Shown in pieces: positions 18,150 through 64,000 of a stretch of DNA of 64,000 bases. Below the pieces are notes generated by a model. It did no database searches. It had not been told where the DNA came from and saw only the letters and a list, made by a program, of their open reading frames with translations. This DNA is from the human T2T-CHM13v2.0 reference genome, Homo sapiens, in the NCBI RefSeq assembly GCF_009914755.1, contig NC_060946.1; one strand, given 5' to 3'. Positions within the stretch are counted from its first letter, which is position 1; every line of letters starts with the position of its first letter. The position numbers and the translations under genes are program-made.

Positions 18150-18181
18150 TGGTCTCACAGGCACAGCATCTTCTTTTAAAA

Positions 18182-18197
18182 AATAAATATTTATAAA
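18182..18197. terminator. Candidate bidirectional polyadenylation signal
   Basis: Plus-strand AATAAA 18182-18187 and minus-strand TATAAA 18190-18195, overlapping the palindrome ATAAATATTTAT (18183-18194). Confidence 0.6.
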
Positions 18198-18362
18198 CTT
18201 AAGGAAGATTCAAAGAATCAGGGTATCTTTTCCTCCAAAAACACAAATGTCCCGTGTAAGTCAAACCAAGGTGCGACCACCAACCCATGAATGAAGTCCC
18301 CTCCCCCTGCAGCTACAGGGTTGAGGGGCAGGTGGGCAGGGGAGCTGCTCTCTCTCCTGCCT

Positions 18363-59471
<41,109 letters not shown>

Positions 59472-60393
59472 TCACCCGCTAACTGGGAAATATAACCTTA
59501 TAATGATATCGATTTCCCAGGATTCTGTCCAGTAAAGCTTCAGTAAGTCTGTGCTCCTTAATGACAGTTAAAGTAACCTAGTAGCTATCCAAAATATATG
59601 CAGAGATGTTTAAAACTACAATTTCTTCAAGTGTTTTTTTTTAATCTTCTCAATGATTTATGATGTAATATTTTGGAAGGAACTATGTCATAAATCTGTA
59701 GCTTTAAGGAGCTTTTAGCATTAAGTTGCGATAGCTCAATTCAGACAATCTGAGTCTCGTGTGGATGGTCCTGAAGGAGATGGTCCTTGAGTGGGTGGTT
59801 TATGACTGCTCCATCTTCATGTTCTTCCAGCCTTTTTTGGTTCCCCGAAATTTCCTGTCAGGAAATTTACCAACGCGGAAATTTACCCACTTCTGTCAGA
59901 AAACTGATCAGCCATGTCTTCGCCACACGTGATGCCAGGATTCTTAAACAGGCCCAAGACCGGAGACCAAGATGTCGACGGAGTGTTATATGGCGCAAGT
60001 TGCAGCTTCACCACCTCCCAAGTGAAAAAGCTCCTAGGCACTCACGATTTCTTTTTTCAAAGCCGGACCAAACCCAGTTCAGGGTGGTGGTCAGATTACC
60101 TCACACTTGGCCCACATAAACACCTCACAAATGACCCGCCCACAGCACCTCGGGCAGGCCGCGCCCCGCCCCCACGTCCCTCAGACAACAGCCTCAGCCT
60201 CCCAGGCCCTTCCCGGGCCTCGGTCCCGTGGCCGCCTCCCCACGAAGAGGAGCTACTCCCGGCTTCCAAGGACCGGATCGAGGGCAGTGGCGAGCGCACC
60301 ACCTGACCGGGCACTACCCGGATCTCACAACTGCCTTTGTCCCTCCCCGCGGAATTGGAACCCAACAGCCGCAGAGCGCTCTTGGAACCATGT

Positions 60394-60438
60394 GCTGCTG
60401 CCGCCTCCGCCGCCGCCGCCGCTGCCTCCGCCGCCGCC
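60394..60438. repeat. Interrupted GCC/GGC trinucleotide repeat (15 triplets)
   Basis: (GCT)2(GCC)2TCC(GCC)4 GCT GCC TCC(GCC)3. Confidence 0.92.
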
Positions 60439-60799
60439 CGCGCGCCGCCCGCGCGCCGCGCTAGTTGAGATGGTGACAGGATTCAGCAACACGAAATTCG
60501 GCGTTTAGAGCTGCTCTGCCGCCGCCGTCACAGACACCACAGCCACCGCTTTGTCTCCGATAGTGCACACAGCCCCGGCCACCTCGCACACTCCCCGACG
60601 CCCCAAGCCCCCGAGGCCTCCGCGGAGCATTCAGCCAATCACAAAGCTGCAGCTCCTCCCGCCCCCGCCCTGATGTACAGCCTCCTGATTGGCGGGCTGC
60701 GTGTCCCCATGTGACCGGATCTTGGTTGGCCGGTCCCGCCCCTGTCACGTGACAGCGTGCGCCTCTCTTCCTGCTTTCCTGACCCTCTCCGCCATTTAA

Positions 60800-64000
<3,201 letters not shown>

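Larger units (their letters stand above)
16690..18362 (-). other. MORC2: MORC2 3' UTR, with a proximal end near 18170 and a possible distal end near 16700
   Basis: Repeat-free unique sequence after the stop. Minus-strand TATAAA variants at 18190-18195 (followed by a U30 tract) and 16719-16724. Both ends are inferred. Confidence 0.6.

Noticed and set aside
16785-18179. Plus-strand ORFs of 98-179 aa within the MORC2 3' UTR
   Set aside because: Mostly non-ATG starts and no recognisable homology; one merely reads the A30 as poly-Lys.

Overview
Human (primate) genomic DNA. The complete 26-exon coding sequence of MORC2 (GHKL-ATPase chromatin silencer and HUSH effector) lies on the minus strand. 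It runs from ATG at 59447 to TGA at 18363-18365; the exons sum to 3099 nt (1032 aa) and all introns are GT-AG. MORC2 sits head-to-head with TUG1 across a CpG-island bidirectional promoter (~60100-61500). The 5' end of TUG1 carries a CTG-initiated 153-aa ORF (60915-61376) that the supplied ORF track only partly captured. A second CpG-rich promoter (~13750-14100) likely drives the antisense RNA MORC2-AS1 toward the MORC2 3' end. Positions 1-12800 are a mosaic of old L1 with nested Alus and DNA transposons, and the introns hold many more Alus, MIR, L2 and MER elements. This is a known locus and I see no evidence for a new gene system. The most interesting unexplained structures are: (1) a palindromic site that may be a poly(A) signal for both MORC2 and its antisense RNA; (2) a 222-bp non-tandem duplication bracketing the antisense promoter, with CpG decay in only one copy; (3) a four-copy alternating inverted motif near that promoter; (4) a paired CTCF-like inverted repeat inside L1; (5) uORFs and a candidate poison exon at the MORC2 5' end; (6) dual-frame coding potential and a Shadoo-like layout in the TUG1 ORF. 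Gene and repeat names come from recognition, not from database searches, and repeat boundaries are approximate.
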